DNA of 63,812 bases, filler included, from Rhabdomonas costata (GCA_019059605.1; 24 parts of 24 records of this genome joined end to end with filler, not necessarily neighbours in it), one strand, 5' to 3'; positions 48,753 to 61,929 are shown, counted from the whole stretch's first letter. Numbers and translations are program-made. The notes: a model not told the origin generated them from the letters alone.

Positions 48753-50491
48753 TCACATGAGCAAGTGTGCTTCATTTCGGATGTACTCGGCAATATCCGC
48801 CTCATGGAAAAGAACCGTCGCTGCGGACTCTGCGGAGTGGCACCCCGCGGTGGAAAACGCTGTGACTCCAAACCCTGTGGGAAGGATACAAAGCTTCCAG
48901 AAAGGCACCTGACCAAAGTTAAAAGAGAGAATGCCGGGAGGGCAAGCACGTCATCCCTTACCACTTCGCAGCATGACATAACCCAACGGGAGGGTTGGAG
49001 GATTTAAAAGGTTCACCGAACGCTCAACACTGATAAAATTACCGTTTTCCCGTTTTGTACTGCTTTTCTGGGTTTTTGTAATTGCCTTAGCTTGGCTTTG
49101 ACAGGCAAAACGGATAGTGTTTTTTTTGAAGTGCGGAAGCCGGAGCAGGCGAATCGGATTCGGACATCCCACGGGGTGGGCGAAACTCCGCTTGGCAGCC
49201 GCATGACTGGTCACTTATGGGACGATGCTATTTTGGGGGTTGGGAGTTAGGCAAACTGTGTCAACTGCCTCTACGTGAATTTTTCTTAGCGAAATGGGGT
49301 TAGATACGAGACGAAGTTGACTCCACTTCTCTTTGGCACAATGACCGTAAGGTTCAAACCCTCCGATCTTCGTATATATGGAAGGTTCAGAAAACCAACC
49401 CTGCGTGATATAATTCCGCTGAAACGCAATGAATACCCACCTCCAATCCATCTGGCTATCTGAGCTTCCCAGGTCCTGAAGAATGGAGACGGTCCGTACA
49501 GTTCCAAACTGTACGGACCCCCCCCCCCAAAAAAAGCGCGTACCCAACGGCACGTCTGCCATGTTCAGCACCACCACACCCTGGTGCTTGGGAGTGCCCT
49601 GAGTGATACGGCCGAGCCCCGCACGGGTGACGTGGTTGCCGTAGAGGAAGCTCTGCTCCTGGTTGGGCTTCACCCACACCTTGTACTGAGTGACACACAA
49701 TACCCTTTGGTTCTCTCTTACATCGTAGAAGCTTTGAGTAACACGAAGTTTTTTGGCCCTCTATTTCATTTGGAGCATATCAGAGAAACAGAAAAGAGTA
49801 TGCGGCTCTCCATCAGGGCAGTGGGGCGCATACTTCAGCGGGGCATCGGTGACCTCTCTCTCTCTCAGCTATTGGGACTTTTTGGGAGAGGCTGTGGCAT
49901 AGTACACAATTGCGTTCAGCCGGGTATCCTAATGGACATTTTTCAGACACTGAAGTCATACTATCACACACAGGGATACGGAAGGAAGGAAGAAATGTGA
50001 CCTGTGCGTACTGGGCGATAAAGTCCAGAGCGGTGATGGTAACCCTGAAGTTTCCGTGGTGCGTGAACTTCCCAATGCACACCCCGGCGCCTGAGAAAGG
50101 CAAATACACCCAACTAGACCCGAATCAAAAGGGCGGGGGATCCCATACGGAATAGGAACTCAATATGGTCTCTTGTCTTCATGCGAAAAGGAGCTGAAGT
50201 ACCTAAATTCTTCGCTTTCCGTTCTTGTGTCCACCTTTTTTCTTCTTGTCTTTAAAAATCCAGTCACAGCGAACATCTCAACAGCACAGGCTTCACGCCG
50301 CAAGAAGAGGTGAGAGTGGGTTGGTGGGCGCGCGGGAGGTGGGTAGGGTCGCGCCCCTGATGTGGTCGCGGGGCAGCGTGGCGGCGCGGTCGGCCAGCCT
50401 CTTGCTCATGTACCACACCCTCTGGCGAAGCAGCCGGAACACCCATTTCTCATCCGTCCGCTCCAGCAGGTACTTTGTGTTCGCGCCAATG
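48753..50491 (-). CDS. NIP7: 60S ribosome biogenesis protein NIP7 (PUA domain), 5' partial, 4 exons
   Basis: [40 protein letters not shown] and PLGFGVTA...[13 protein letters not shown]; exons 50491-50355, 50090-50002, 49685-49544 and 48874-48753. Confidence 0.95.
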
Positions 50492-50641
50492 CTGAGGAAG
50501 CCATTCCCAAACACACGCCCACAAAACATTCCCAACAAAAANNNNNNNNNNNNNNNNNNNNNNNNNNNNNNNNNNNNNNNNNNNNTTAATTAATTAANNN
50601 NNNNNNNNNNNNNNNNNNNNNNNNNNNNNNNNNNNNNNNNN

Positions 50642-50961
50642 GGTGGTTGGGCTAGACGGACACCCCTGGGACAGGCCATTGCCCATGGACCACTCGGCAT
50701 CATCGACCTGGAAGAAACGTAGCGCTGGCGGAGCGTCGCTTGGAAGCTGCGAAAGTAAAGGATAAGTGATGTCGATATGCCTGCACGTTCCATGATGCCA
50801 AAGATGGCCCACCACGGGATGGTGGGGAAGCACTTCTCCACATCAAAGGAGATGAGCCACAGCGGCTGCCACCGCCGCCGCTGCAGTCTAATCACGTCCG
50901 AGAGGAGTTGGGCAAGCGGGGAGCGGACCACCGGGTCTGGGGAGCGGACCACCTGGTCCAT
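50642..50961 (-). mobile_element. Non-LTR retrotransposon reverse transcriptase fragment, frameshifted
   Basis: LISFDVEKCFPTIPW (RT domain 3) and, after a frameshift, NGLSQGCPSSP (RT domain 4, QG motif). Confidence 0.8.
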
Positions 50962-53292
50962 GGAGTGGGCAGCTAAATGGGGGCCGCCTGGGATTGGCGT
51001 GCCCGCCGCGCGTGGTGGCGTCCACCTCTAGTTTTTCCGTGGAGGGCTTGGAGAAGGCGGTTGCGGGTGCGATGGGAGAGGGCCCACAGGGCGACGGAGA
51101 CCGAGACCATGCGCAGCAGGAGAGGGAGCAATCCGCAAGGGCCGCCAACCCACCGGGGCCCCAGGGGCCGTGGTTGGACTCCATGTTATACATCATGTGT
51201 TCTTCTTTGTTGGTTGTTTAATTCCATACATTTGTATCAATAGGTCGATCAAATAACTTTTTGAACTGAATGACGTTCTTGTGAAACAGGCTTTAATATC
51301 ATCTACTGCACTTAGTACAAAATCTAGAACGTCTTAAATGTGGTTGAGGAACGACCGCCAGATGCCCCAATGTCAGCGCATTGTAATATCAGATCAAACA
51401 GTGGACGTTATTGTAATAGTGACATACAAAACCCACACTGTTTAGTTTACGTGCATTTTTAGCTATTAAAGAGATAATTACTGAGTGCAATCATTTGCCC
51501 GACATCCACCAGTTTTGTTCCTGTGCACAATGTGGTAGCTTTTAGGTAAACCACGTAATTTATTATTCCTGGGGGGTTTCCTCTGCCGCGCGCTCTCCTA
51601 GAATGTATGGTATTTGAAGGCAGTGCCTGGGCCTGCGTCAAATGTCTCAAATTCACCTACGTGGTCACACTGCAGCCGTTTACAGGAAAAGATAATACGT
51701 CAGATGCGCTGTAACCAGCGCCTCCACCAATCGTAAGCTGTCCAGTCATGGTTTCCACGGTAGCAAGAAATGGTGGCGCTCCACGCGGTTAGATGTAACC
51801 CACTTAGATGGTATGGCCTGCCACGGGGCTTTGCTGAAGTTACAGAGCCGTCGGTTTTGCTACCAATTTTTCAGCATCAAGTGCGTAAGCAATTCATCGC
51901 TCTAAGCCACCGCGTCAGTCAGAGACGTCCTAAAACACAGCATTGAAGCATTAATGCCTGGCAAAGCCGCTGGAAGGTCAATCCACTGTTGTGACCGCTC
52001 CAGTTCTGTAGCAGCTTCTTTCCACCCAAGCGGACACACTCCGCCACACAACAAATTCAGCGTGACATGCGCCGATGTTTACAGATTCTCTGGAGGCCAA
52101 ATTGAGTGACAACTTATCATGGTATTCGGGTTATAGAGGCTTTCCATAGAGAGGTTCAAAGCATCAGATCCAGTCAGCTGCGCTGATCCATCATCCACTG
52201 ACCACGTGGATTGCTGGGAATTTATCTCTCATGAATGCTCAGCTCTCGTTTTTCCTCTAACCAGAACTACACGGCCACACAGCGGATCAAACTGGTCAAC
52301 ACGTTTGCTAACAGAGAGCTCATTCGTGCATTGCTTCCTTTTTTGCATGCGCGCGGCTGATCGTGTTGGTGAAGGCAGATTGGTGGATCTGTCAAATTGC
52401 TGTGTGCCAAACTATGCGGCGTCTGGTGGGACAGAATTTACTCACATATCAGACACACTTTCTGACTTCTGTGCTGTCTCCGCGTCAAATGGTGTAAATA
52501 TACCCCAATCGTGGGAGCTGATCGTGCACGCGGTGCGCTCGTCAATATCAAAGCGCTACAGAAGTCTGCGTTAGGTTTAACTACTTTTCTGCTTTGCAAC
52601 GCTTTCATCTCCACCCAGCGCTCCGTGTTCTTACCTGAGCTCACCAAAAGCCCACCTGACTCGGCCATTTGTGCCAATTGGTGTTATTGCTTCCACACAC
52701 CCCACACACACAATTGCACGTGTTCCGGTGTAATCTCTTCTTTCAAACCGTTGGTTTCACATAAGGCATCACTGTTCTCTGATCTTAGGTGCGACATCCC
52801 ACAGACTTTGAAAGTACTTCTTCGAACACGTTGGCCCAAAGAACGTGCAGCGGCAGTCCAAATGGAGCAGTCTGCTCTCAAAGCACCGTCTTTCAAAGAA
52901 CAGCCCCACCGCACGCCTCGTTGCGGCTGAGCGCACACACCTTTGTTGGCATCCTCTTCTTTACGACTAATTTACGTCTGCTATTCTGGCACCACCAGTT
53001 TTATCTACTGCGCTGCCCATTGCTCCGGGCGCTGGCTGCCATATTCCGACCTTTTCGCGCCAACGAAGACGCACATGGGACCACGCGACAAACAACCATG
53101 GTCGACGCCTTGGTAAAAGTGGTTTTTTTTTGGTCTATGTCAATTGTTTTTTCCTTGGCTTCATTGGCTTGTCAACGACCACCTACGTCTACNNNNNNNN
53201 NNNNNNNNNNNNNNNNNNNNNNNNNNNNNNNNNNNNTTAATTAATTAANNNNNNNNNNNNNNNNNNNNNNNNNNNNNNNNNNNNNNNNNNNN

Positions 53293-55747
53293 GGGTGGGT
53301 TGAGATTAGGCGCGCCATGACTCGCATCAACAGTAGCCGCAGGTCGAAGCTCTGGTGAGACTTCTGGAGCACTCCCAGGAGCTTTTCTGCGAAACCTGGG
53401 CAGCATTGGGGGGAGGGGTGGCCGTCGGCTTCGGGACCGAGAAGAATACAAGCGCCCGCACACATGTAGAATATTTTCCAATTCATCTGCCATTTTATTT
53501 GCTGCATCCAGACAGTACTCAAATGAGCCTTGACAAGACGTTTGGGTCGATGACCATGGGCAGCGCCCATCGGAAAAGCACAGCAGGTCCACCTTGAGGG
53601 TCATTGATGACCTCCACGGCAGGAAAAACCTTCTCCTCCACCGGCTTGATGTGCCGCGCCTTTTCGACCTGAAAAGAATACCATGACATGAGATGGGTGC
53701 ATGCTATGTGCGCGAACGCGAGGCGGCGGATATTATGCAGAGACTCATTGAAAATGCACCAACACGCACCACACATCAAAAAGGGGTGCGGATGTCTGGA
53801 GACAAACAAATTCTGAGACAAAACACAGACCTTCAAGAGAGCCTTCTCCATCAAGTGTCTTCGCTTGCCCGTCTTCTTTGCGGCTTTCTTGAAGTTGTAC
53901 ATAATCTCTCGTCTCTTCTTGCCCACCTGTGCACGCCCGCGTAGGAGCCACGGGAGGAGAAGCAACAATTTCCATTGAAGACTAGGGACACAGATGCCTG
54001 CTAACACTTACAAAGAAAGGAGAAAAGGAGACACCTGCCAAAGGTGATTCTTCATTCCAGTATTGCAAAGGAAGGGGGGGACACAGTTGAGCCCAATCGG
54101 GGAGGGAAAGGAGGGAAACAAGACTGGGAGCAGGTCCCTCATTTGACCATTCGAACATCAGTCAATTCGCATCCACGCAAAACAGAGACACACCTCTTGG
54201 TCCGTGAGAGCCTGCTTGACCTCGTCAGGATTCTCCGACTGGTGCACACTCACCTTGGAGTACTGCCCTGAGAAACCAGACACCAGGAGAGACAAAGGAT
54301 GAGGACATCATCCGAGCCAGCACTTGGCCCTTCCAGTGAGCCGTCTCAAACCGGCAAAGTTACCATTCCAACCCAATGCATCTTACCCTTTTCTTTTCTC
54401 CTCAGCCCTTTTTTTTCGCGGACATAAATATATATGCAAACATTTTTGTACAAACATATACACTGTCCTAGTCACCCAAAACAAAGGAAGGGGTTCAGGC
54501 GCACAGCTACCCAATAAGAATCGCAGGGCCACGATGACAATCTTGCTGTGTTTGGAGAAGCAGCCGCGGGCGATGGTGTTCACCATCTGGTTGGAAGACC
54601 AAACTTTTCTCCTAAAATAGACCACCCCAAGGCACCCTGTGAAGGAAGATCCCAGGAAGAAAGCATTGTGCAGCGACGGCAGAAACGGCAAGTACCTGTA
54701 TAAGTCGATCATGACAATCAGAGAGTACAGCGCAGCGGCAGAATCGTCCTCGTCAAGGATTTTGTGCATGAATGTCTGGAGAATTATGTTAAACAAAAAA
54801 ACTAGCACCACTAATTGGCAACCCCCCCCCCTCTCTAACATTAACGAATGTTAGAACGAGAGACAACATAAAGGGGGAAAACGAAAAAGCTGACCCGAAG
54901 TTAAACCTGCGCTGCCTTCGTGCTCGCCCCGAAGGCACTATGGCACTGCTGGCGGCCTGAATTGGCCGGCTCACAAAACACGTCAGAACACTTCATCGCC
55001 TACATCCCCAGCTGATACCCGCAAATCCGTGAAGGAGCTACCGAAATTGATATCCTCGCTCTCATCGGGCAGGCCCACTCCACATTTCCACTCTTCCGGC
55101 AGAAAGGGCAGGGTGCACCTGAAGCTTCCGGTTTGCGGCGGGGTCCTTCTTCTTGGCGTTGATCCTCTTGATGTCATAAATGATATGGGAGACGAGGTGT
55201 TTCCGGAGCTCCTTGTCTGGAAGGCGGAACAGCTTGAAGAAGAAGGGCAGCACTCTAAAAACGACCAGCCCCGAACAAAATAGGTGGGTACAACAGATGT
55301 GTCAATCGAACAGGGTGCAGGCATGGGGAAGTTTCATGTGAGACCACAACACCGATACATTACCAGAAAGTTCGCCACACATAAAGAAGCTTGTACTTCA
55401 ATCAATGAGCCGATTTCCATGCACATGTTCGCTGGAAAAAAGTTCGACGACAAAAGGCGGAATAGGCAAGGGGGTTGGGGGTTCCAGCAGCACAACAAGG
55501 GGGTTCCAGCAGCACAACAACAGCAGAAACAATTCCATGGATCAACCAACAACAGTTCGGCACTCAACCCAAGTGCCGCGGAGAGGGCATACGCGTCGGG
55601 CGGGACCAGCTCCCTGCTGCGCATCGTCATCAGTGCCAGGATGGCGTGCTTCCGAACAGCAGGGTGAATGGCCCCCAGATGTCTCTCCAACAGATTCACA
55701 AGCATCCCGGGAACGTGTGCCGCGTCCTGAGGAAAGCTGGCTGCCAC
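53293..55747 (-). CDS. SDA1: SDA1 (pre-60S biogenesis/export factor), internal fragment, 8 exons
   Basis: FFFKLFRLPDKELRKHLVSHIIYDIKRIN, MIDLYRRKVW...VNTIARGCFS...VALRFLL and INDPQGFAEKL...RLISTH; GT-AG joins in phase. Confidence 0.92.
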
Positions 55748-56156
55748 CTGCGTTCGAATGTGAGGTATAAACCAAATCCGCAGCTCGAGAAAAACCCAAT
55801 GAACCAAGGAGCTGCCAGAAGTCAGGGCCAATCCTACAAACACCCNNNNNNNNNNNNNNNNNNNNNNNNNNNNNNNNNNNNNNNNNNNNTTAATTAATTA
55901 ANNNNNNNNNNNNNNNNNNNNNNNNNNNNNNNNNNNNNNNNNNNNGTGTTGAAAGACAGGTTTCCTTTTTCATAGACGGATTTCACACCACCCAAGAAAA
56001 AGCAGAAAAACAGCAAACCTTCGTCAGGGCACCAACCGAAAAACAATGATTACAGTAAGTATACCGTCGTGCGTTCCGGATGCCGTAAACTCCCTTCTGC
56101 CTTACGGGTAGCCTGCGTCGCGCTACCTTTTCCCAACAGCCCCCCGAGTTGCTCCA

Positions 56157-56507
56157 TTACTGCTTTCTTCTCTGAGGCTCCTTTGGGTGGCCGAGGCATT
56201 TCTTGGACTTTTCCTTTGTGTGCGTGGGTGTGTTCGCGCAGTAAGAGCCAGGCCTGAAGGAAGATGCCGAGCTGCTTCTCTGAGTATTGCCCGGTCCCTT
56301 GGCGGGGGCTTGGTGCGCGGGCTCAACCTGCACCCCCTGCTTGCCAATGTGCACGCGGGAGCCGGGATCAACTCGGGTCACCACAGGACCATGGCTCTCC
56401 TCTTCGCTTTCCTCATCCTCTTCGCCGGAGTTCTCCCCGAAATGGTCCCACCGCGAGTAGTCCACAGGGCGGTGGGCCGGTGCCGGGGGGCCACGAGAAC
56501 TGCTCAT
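56157..56507 (-). CDS. Protein with an N-terminal DYSxWD + acidic motif (Cdc37-N-like; possibly a CS/NudC-type co-chaperone), first exon
   Basis: MSSSRGPPAPAHRPVDYSRWDHFGENSGEEDEES...PVVTRVDPGSRVHIG; downstream exons not seen. Confidence 0.5.
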   Translation of the reverse strand: MSSSRGPPAPAHRPVDYSRWDHFGENSGEEDEESEEESHGPVVTRVDPGSRVHIGKQGVQVEPAHQAPAKGPGNTQRSSSASSFRPGSYCANTPTHTKEKSKKCLGHPKEPQRRKQ

Positions 56508-57190
56508 TAAAACAGGGAAGGCGGCCACAACACAACCCAAAGCAACGAGCGCAAATAGGCTGCCGCAGATAGGCTGCAAATGGAGGCGGTAAGGGCACAA
56601 ACATAGGAGGGAAGCAGCACCTCATAGGTCACAGCTCGCGTGGAGTGTACCCACGCCTGATCAGGAATTCGTGGAGCGTTCACCATAACTGTCTTTCTGC
56701 TTGCCGCAGCTCACGTCAGCTTACTCTTTGCAGCTCCGTTCGGAACCCTGAGAACTCAATCACCACCAATTTGTGTGTAGGGTGCTTCAAGAGCTATTGG
56801 GGGACGCAAACAAAACCTTTCAGCATTAATTAGGGGGGTGATCAACGTCGAAGGGTGAGGAACCAAGAGAGGTCAAGAATTGTTCCACACTTTCACAACA
56901 CCTTTGTTCCGAAAAGGTGAGCATGGTTACGCTCGCACGAGTGACTCATTTACAAAGCGCAAAAAAGAAGATAAATAATGCACAGAGGGATAGGGTGCAA
57001 AAACACACAAACGGCAATGGCAACTCAAACGCCAGCTGCTCATTCCCTGGGGGCATGCGAGGGCGAAGGCCCGGGCAAACCAAAAGACAACCAAACCCTG
57101 GGCCTCGGAAGTCTCTCCCGGCGAGACCCACGCGTGGATCACAGGTTGGGAAAGCCATACAGCTTGGCGCAGTGCATAGGGATAATGACA

Positions 57191-58497
57191 CTAGCGCAGG
57201 CCGCTACTGCTGCTGCTGCTGGAAGGGTCCGCTTGCTGTGGCGCAGTGGGGTTGCGCTGGAGATGGGTCACCAGCGAGGGAGTCTTCGCCTTCACCAGCG
57301 CGCTGACATCCTGCCACGATTCAAACCATCCGTTGAAAAAACTGTTTGCAGCATTTTTCCGAGAAGTCCGAAGCATGGGCAACTATATTGTTACAAGAAG
57401 AATCAATGCCGCGCAAACGAAAAGGTATTACTCGCAGGGCCCTGGTAACAGATCCGACAACCGGAACAGCATCATACCAAGTTGAGGCGGCACAATTCCG
57501 GATCAAGAAAGTTCCATCCCCTCTCCTCCGATTCTGAGCAAACCCGACTGCTTTCGTTGAAGTGTGCGGCACCCCAACAATGGTTCGAGAAGAAGAGCCA
57601 GCCGAGACCCATAAACCCTTCAGCAACCACAAACATGTGGGGAACCAACCTGCAGTCTGGCCTGCATCATGCTCAACCTCGAGCGCACTGCATTGTAGCG
57701 GAAGGAGATGGACTGCCGGATGAGGTGCTCCTGCATTAGGGCGTGGGGACACGTCCACGCAATACAGGGTGCGACTGGCGTCGAACATTTAACACCATGT
57801 TTAAGTACTGTGCAGACAACTGTTTCGCCCCTCTGATTCCGAATCACCAGCGAGTCCTGAATGTGCCTTCCTTTTTTGGAACCATCTGCTAACCTTTTCA
57901 TATAGCTTATCATCATGATCTAAATAACCCATTGTTTCCAATTTGGGGTGTCCAGTCAGCAATAAATCTTAAGCAGCATACGTCGTGGCAGGAAAGCGAT
58001 TCGGAGAACGCACACCATGACAAAGAAAAGCCGCACACAAGAATACAGGAAGGATGAATGAAACGCGTGGCGGTGATACCGGAGACTCCCGAAACGGCAA
58101 CACGAGGATCTCCACAAACTGTTGAGCAGAGCAAGCACAAGCTAAACAGCACTCCCACGTCGCATAGCAGAACGAATGCAATCGATCGACTGAGGACATT
58201 TCTATGCCCCACTCTGTGTTAACGATAATACTCTGTTACGCCACTGTGTTTACTCAACAGCTGGAATCCTCAGCAATTCGTTTCAAAGCCGAGTACCGCC
58301 ACTACAACCTTCAGAAAGATCATGGGGGGCATCTTCACCCCCCTTCAGACCAAGTTTCGATGCGGCGACAGAGTACCGAGATGGCACGAGAAGGGGTAGG
58401 GGAAGGGCAAACCTTGTACTCCATGTTCTGCACAAACTCCAGCACAGCATTGCCGTCGCTGGTGACGATCAGCGCGGCCAGGAAGTTTTGAGGCTCC
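57191..58497 (-). CDS. SAS-6 N-terminal-domain protein, short SAS6-like form, C-terminal 4 exons
   Basis: EPQNFLAALIVTSDGNAVLEFVQNMEYK|FVEILVLPFRESP|EHLIRQSISFRYNAVRSRLSMMQARLQ|DVSALVKAKTPSL...*; GT-AG joins in phase 0. Confidence 0.82.
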
Positions 58498-58693
58498 NNN
58501 NNNNNNNNNNNNNNNNNNNNNNNNNNNNNNNNNNNNNNNNNTTAATTAATTAANNNNNNNNNNNNNNNNNNNNNNNNNNNNNNNNNNNNNNNNNNNNCTT
58601 GCGAGATTGCCTTTGTGTGGTTCAGCGGGAGCGAGGTGTGATGTGTGATGTGTGATGTGTGTGTGTGTGTGTGTGTGTGTGTCTGGGAATTGC

Positions 58694-61093
58694 CTTCTGT
58701 ACGCAATCCAAGAAAACTTGGTAGGTCGAGGCGGTCAGCCCCAGCGGCTCCAGAAGCCTGGCGATCCAGTCCCCACTGCGGACCACCATGGGCTTGCCCC
58801 ACTCCGCGGTGCTGAGCTCCTGGCCCTGCACCGCGGACTCAATCTTCAGGATAAGCTCCTTGAGCACGGCAAACTCCTGGATGCTCACCTCGCGATCATC
58901 GCTCTTGGAAGGGGACAGAAACTCCCACACAGAAACATGCACCAGCAAGCGTTGTGGTTGGTTATGATACCATGGGACAGGAGTCAACAGGAGGAGAACG
59001 TTGAATGCCTCGAACGCGTCCCAACCAAAACCAAAACTAATGGCGACTGCCTGAGATTGTGTATAGGTTGTATGAAGGCTAAAACTGGGAACGAACGCAA
59101 AGGAGACCAGGTCAGCGCAAGCACCTCCTCTGAGTAATCATCATCTTTGCCTTCTGCGTTGTAGGCCGGATCGCTCAGAGTGTCAATAGTGTGTTGGACC
59201 TCCACAGCACAACTCGCAAGCTGAGTTGAGCTGAACCAAATAGGCACGCCGCGAGCTAGCACACAAACACATGCATATAGACAGCGAGAAGGCAGAAAAA
59301 CGGAATAAAATGTCCGTGACTCAGACCATAAAGATTCAAAAACCACAAAAATACAGGCTGGTTCGGCCATTGAGGTCACTGAGATGGTCACAGTATTTCG
59401 AAAAGCATGAACTGTACGTTTGAGTTGCGTCCATGAACCGCATTTGTTTGGCAATTGGTATTACACCTGACAGCTGATGAAAGCAACCCCCAAAAGTGGT
59501 GAAACAAAGACAAAACAGATTGAAACGCGTCGGGAAGGTTCCCCACATCATTACCACATAGATTCCACTTTTCCCTCCAATGTGCGAGCGTGTGATCAAC
59601 GTGTGAGCGGGAAACGACATGTTGGATGGAATGAAGTGAACCAAACAAAACCAGGACTGAAACAACCGGCTCCGTTTTGAGTGAGAATACATAAGAGAGT
59701 GCAGATTTTCGGAGTGAAGATAGGACAGACAGAACACAGCGAGGCATACGTTAGATCAAACGACGAAGCGGAGACAAGACTTCCGGCGATGTTGTGAGCT
59801 TCATCAATGATCACAATGCTGTGCTGCAAATTCAGCTGCAAGCTGCTGCGGATGTCACGGTCAATGATATAGTTGTATGGCACAAAAACAATGTCCGCTT
59901 CGGCTTGTCCCTCTCTCCCTGTGAGAATAAGGGGTGCGTCACGAAGAACAGTTCATAGCTGAAAATCGAATGCCAGGGGTTAAGGTTGGAAATCAGTCGG
60001 TTTGATAAAAACGCGCATGCTAATGTCGCTTCAAATTTGCTTCCGGGGAAGGACACGCAAGAGCAAAAATAAAAGTGTATGGGAGGAGGGACTCACCCAG
60101 AAAAAACGGGCAAAACGTGTGCTCCTTTGCAAGGTGCACCAAGTCTTCGATATCACAGCAGCCAGGTCTGGAACCTAAAATAAAAATGCAAAACGTGGAA
60201 AAAGAATGAAAGCCCTGGAATCCCTTCGCTGAACGCCGTTTCACCGGTTGTCAAGACCGAACTGGATATGGGTTGTAACTGGTACCGAATCAGTGGAGGC
60301 AGGTGTCAACGGGGACAGCCAAATCGCCCCAGTTTCGTGGGTACTGCGCGGCCTTCGACGGACCCTCACTCCTCCAACTTGGAATGCAATCCATTTCTCC
60401 GAATTGCACTTGCGTACCCGACGACACACACAGACGGACATTTTCTACTGAAGCCCCTTAGACGAAAGAGCAACCACAGTAAAAGGTATGGCAGACGAAT
60501 CCCTGATATCACTACCAACCGGGTAGGTGGGGGCGGGAAGGGAGGTAGAAATTATACGTGCGAACATAGCGGGCAAGTCGAAAAAAGCGATGAGCCACAC
60601 CATATTCCTTTAATTTACTGTTGAACACACAGCTATGGGACTTCAGCATGGAGCGACACAGTGCATTCTGAACGGCACCCTTTGCCCTGAAACAAAAAGC
60701 AAAAGTACTTTCCAAAAATGCACAACTATAAGAAGTCTTGTGTCATCGGGGCTGCTGTGTGAACGTGCGAACGCAAAGCACTTTAACTCATGGATTCCCT
60801 CGAGGAAAATATTGGCAAAAGCGAGAAGAAGTTCTGGTTTTTCAAAAGCATGACTACTTTGAAACACGTGGATGTACACAAAGCTGCTCACGGGAGCCAA
60901 GAACAGCCATCTTCACGGAATGCGCGTAAACAGTCGACTTCAGCTCTCCGATGACCTTTGTTGCAAGCAAAAAGGAAGCATGGAAATGAAAAGAGAAAAA
61001 GAACATCGCCTAACAACCAAAAAAACCAAAGAATGAAAGAACCTGAGTCAACTGCGAGTGTGTTCTTGAGGCGTAAACAATTTGCCGAATAGG
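58694..61093 (-). CDS. XPD/DinG-family Fe-S DEAH helicase (RTEL1/FANCJ-like), internal fragment, 7 exons
   Basis: IVYASRTHSQLTQVIGELK, LGSREQLCVHP, DIEDLV...CPFF, ADIVFVPYNYIID and IVIIDEAHN (motif II); GT-AG joins. Confidence 0.92.
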
Positions 61094-61929
61094 CTGAATC
61101 CCTCCCGTAGCACCGGGCGGACCTTTTTCTTCCCCGCTCTTTTTATGTGAAACCCAACCCNNNNNNNNNNNNNNNNNNNNNNNNNNNNNNNNNNNNNNNN
61201 NNNNTTAATTAATTAANNNNNNNNNNNNNNNNNNNNNNNNNNNNNNNNNNNNNNNNNNNNAGCGGCTGAAGGTTGTTTGGTCGGAAGCACTGTACGCTTG
61301 AGAAACATTATACGTGAGATGAAGGAGTGGGAAAGGTTCGGATGGCACACATGGAGTCTGTGTGTGTGTGCGTTTGCAGCAAGAACGCCAGTGTAAGCCC
61401 TGAGCTGAGCCCCAGTTTTAGCGCTGCAGATCCCCAAATGGGTGAAATTCCGCCCTACACGTTTCCCCCAAAGCGATCCTGGCTGAGGAGGATGCGCCGT
61501 GAATAGCTGGGGCCCTCGGCTCAGCAAGCACGAGCCGAGCTTGTGGAACCGAATTACAGTTCAGCAGACTGTTCGTTCGCCCCCTTCTTTTTTTCTTTTT
61601 TCTTTCGTGTGCCCTGCCTTTGCATTTGCTTTCTTGTCCTGCTCTCCCCCTCAAATCGTTTCGAAATCTAACTCATAGGAACATTCTGCGTAGCTCAGTA
61701 AACCCTGTTACAACAGGGGGAAAACAGGATTGAGTGCACGGGGTCAATGGGTGGGAAGAAGGAATAGGGTCTGTGGCATCTTGCCTTCTGATGTTGTCCC
61801 TTCTCCTTAAAGAGACGGGAAGGATGCTAGTATGGCTGACCCCCCTGACGTGTCTTACTTACTTGATTGTATTCTTTTTGTTTTCATCCTTTGATTTCCT
61901 GAATTTGTGTGTCACATCACGGTGCTCCA

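Noticed and set aside
51650-53192. Broken minus-strand coding-like stretch, possibly a transposon relic
   Set aside because: No diagnostic motif or terminal repeats could be identified by eye.
41212-55747. Apparent ribosome-biogenesis cluster (CBF5, NIP7, SDA1)
   Set aside because: The genes are on separate contigs that appear to be concatenated by length, so their proximity is artificial.
2558-61260. Regularly spaced identical TTAATTAATTAA motif resembling a CRISPR or long-period repeat array
   Set aside because: It always sits inside N-runs and is a synthetic six-frame stop linker joining contigs.
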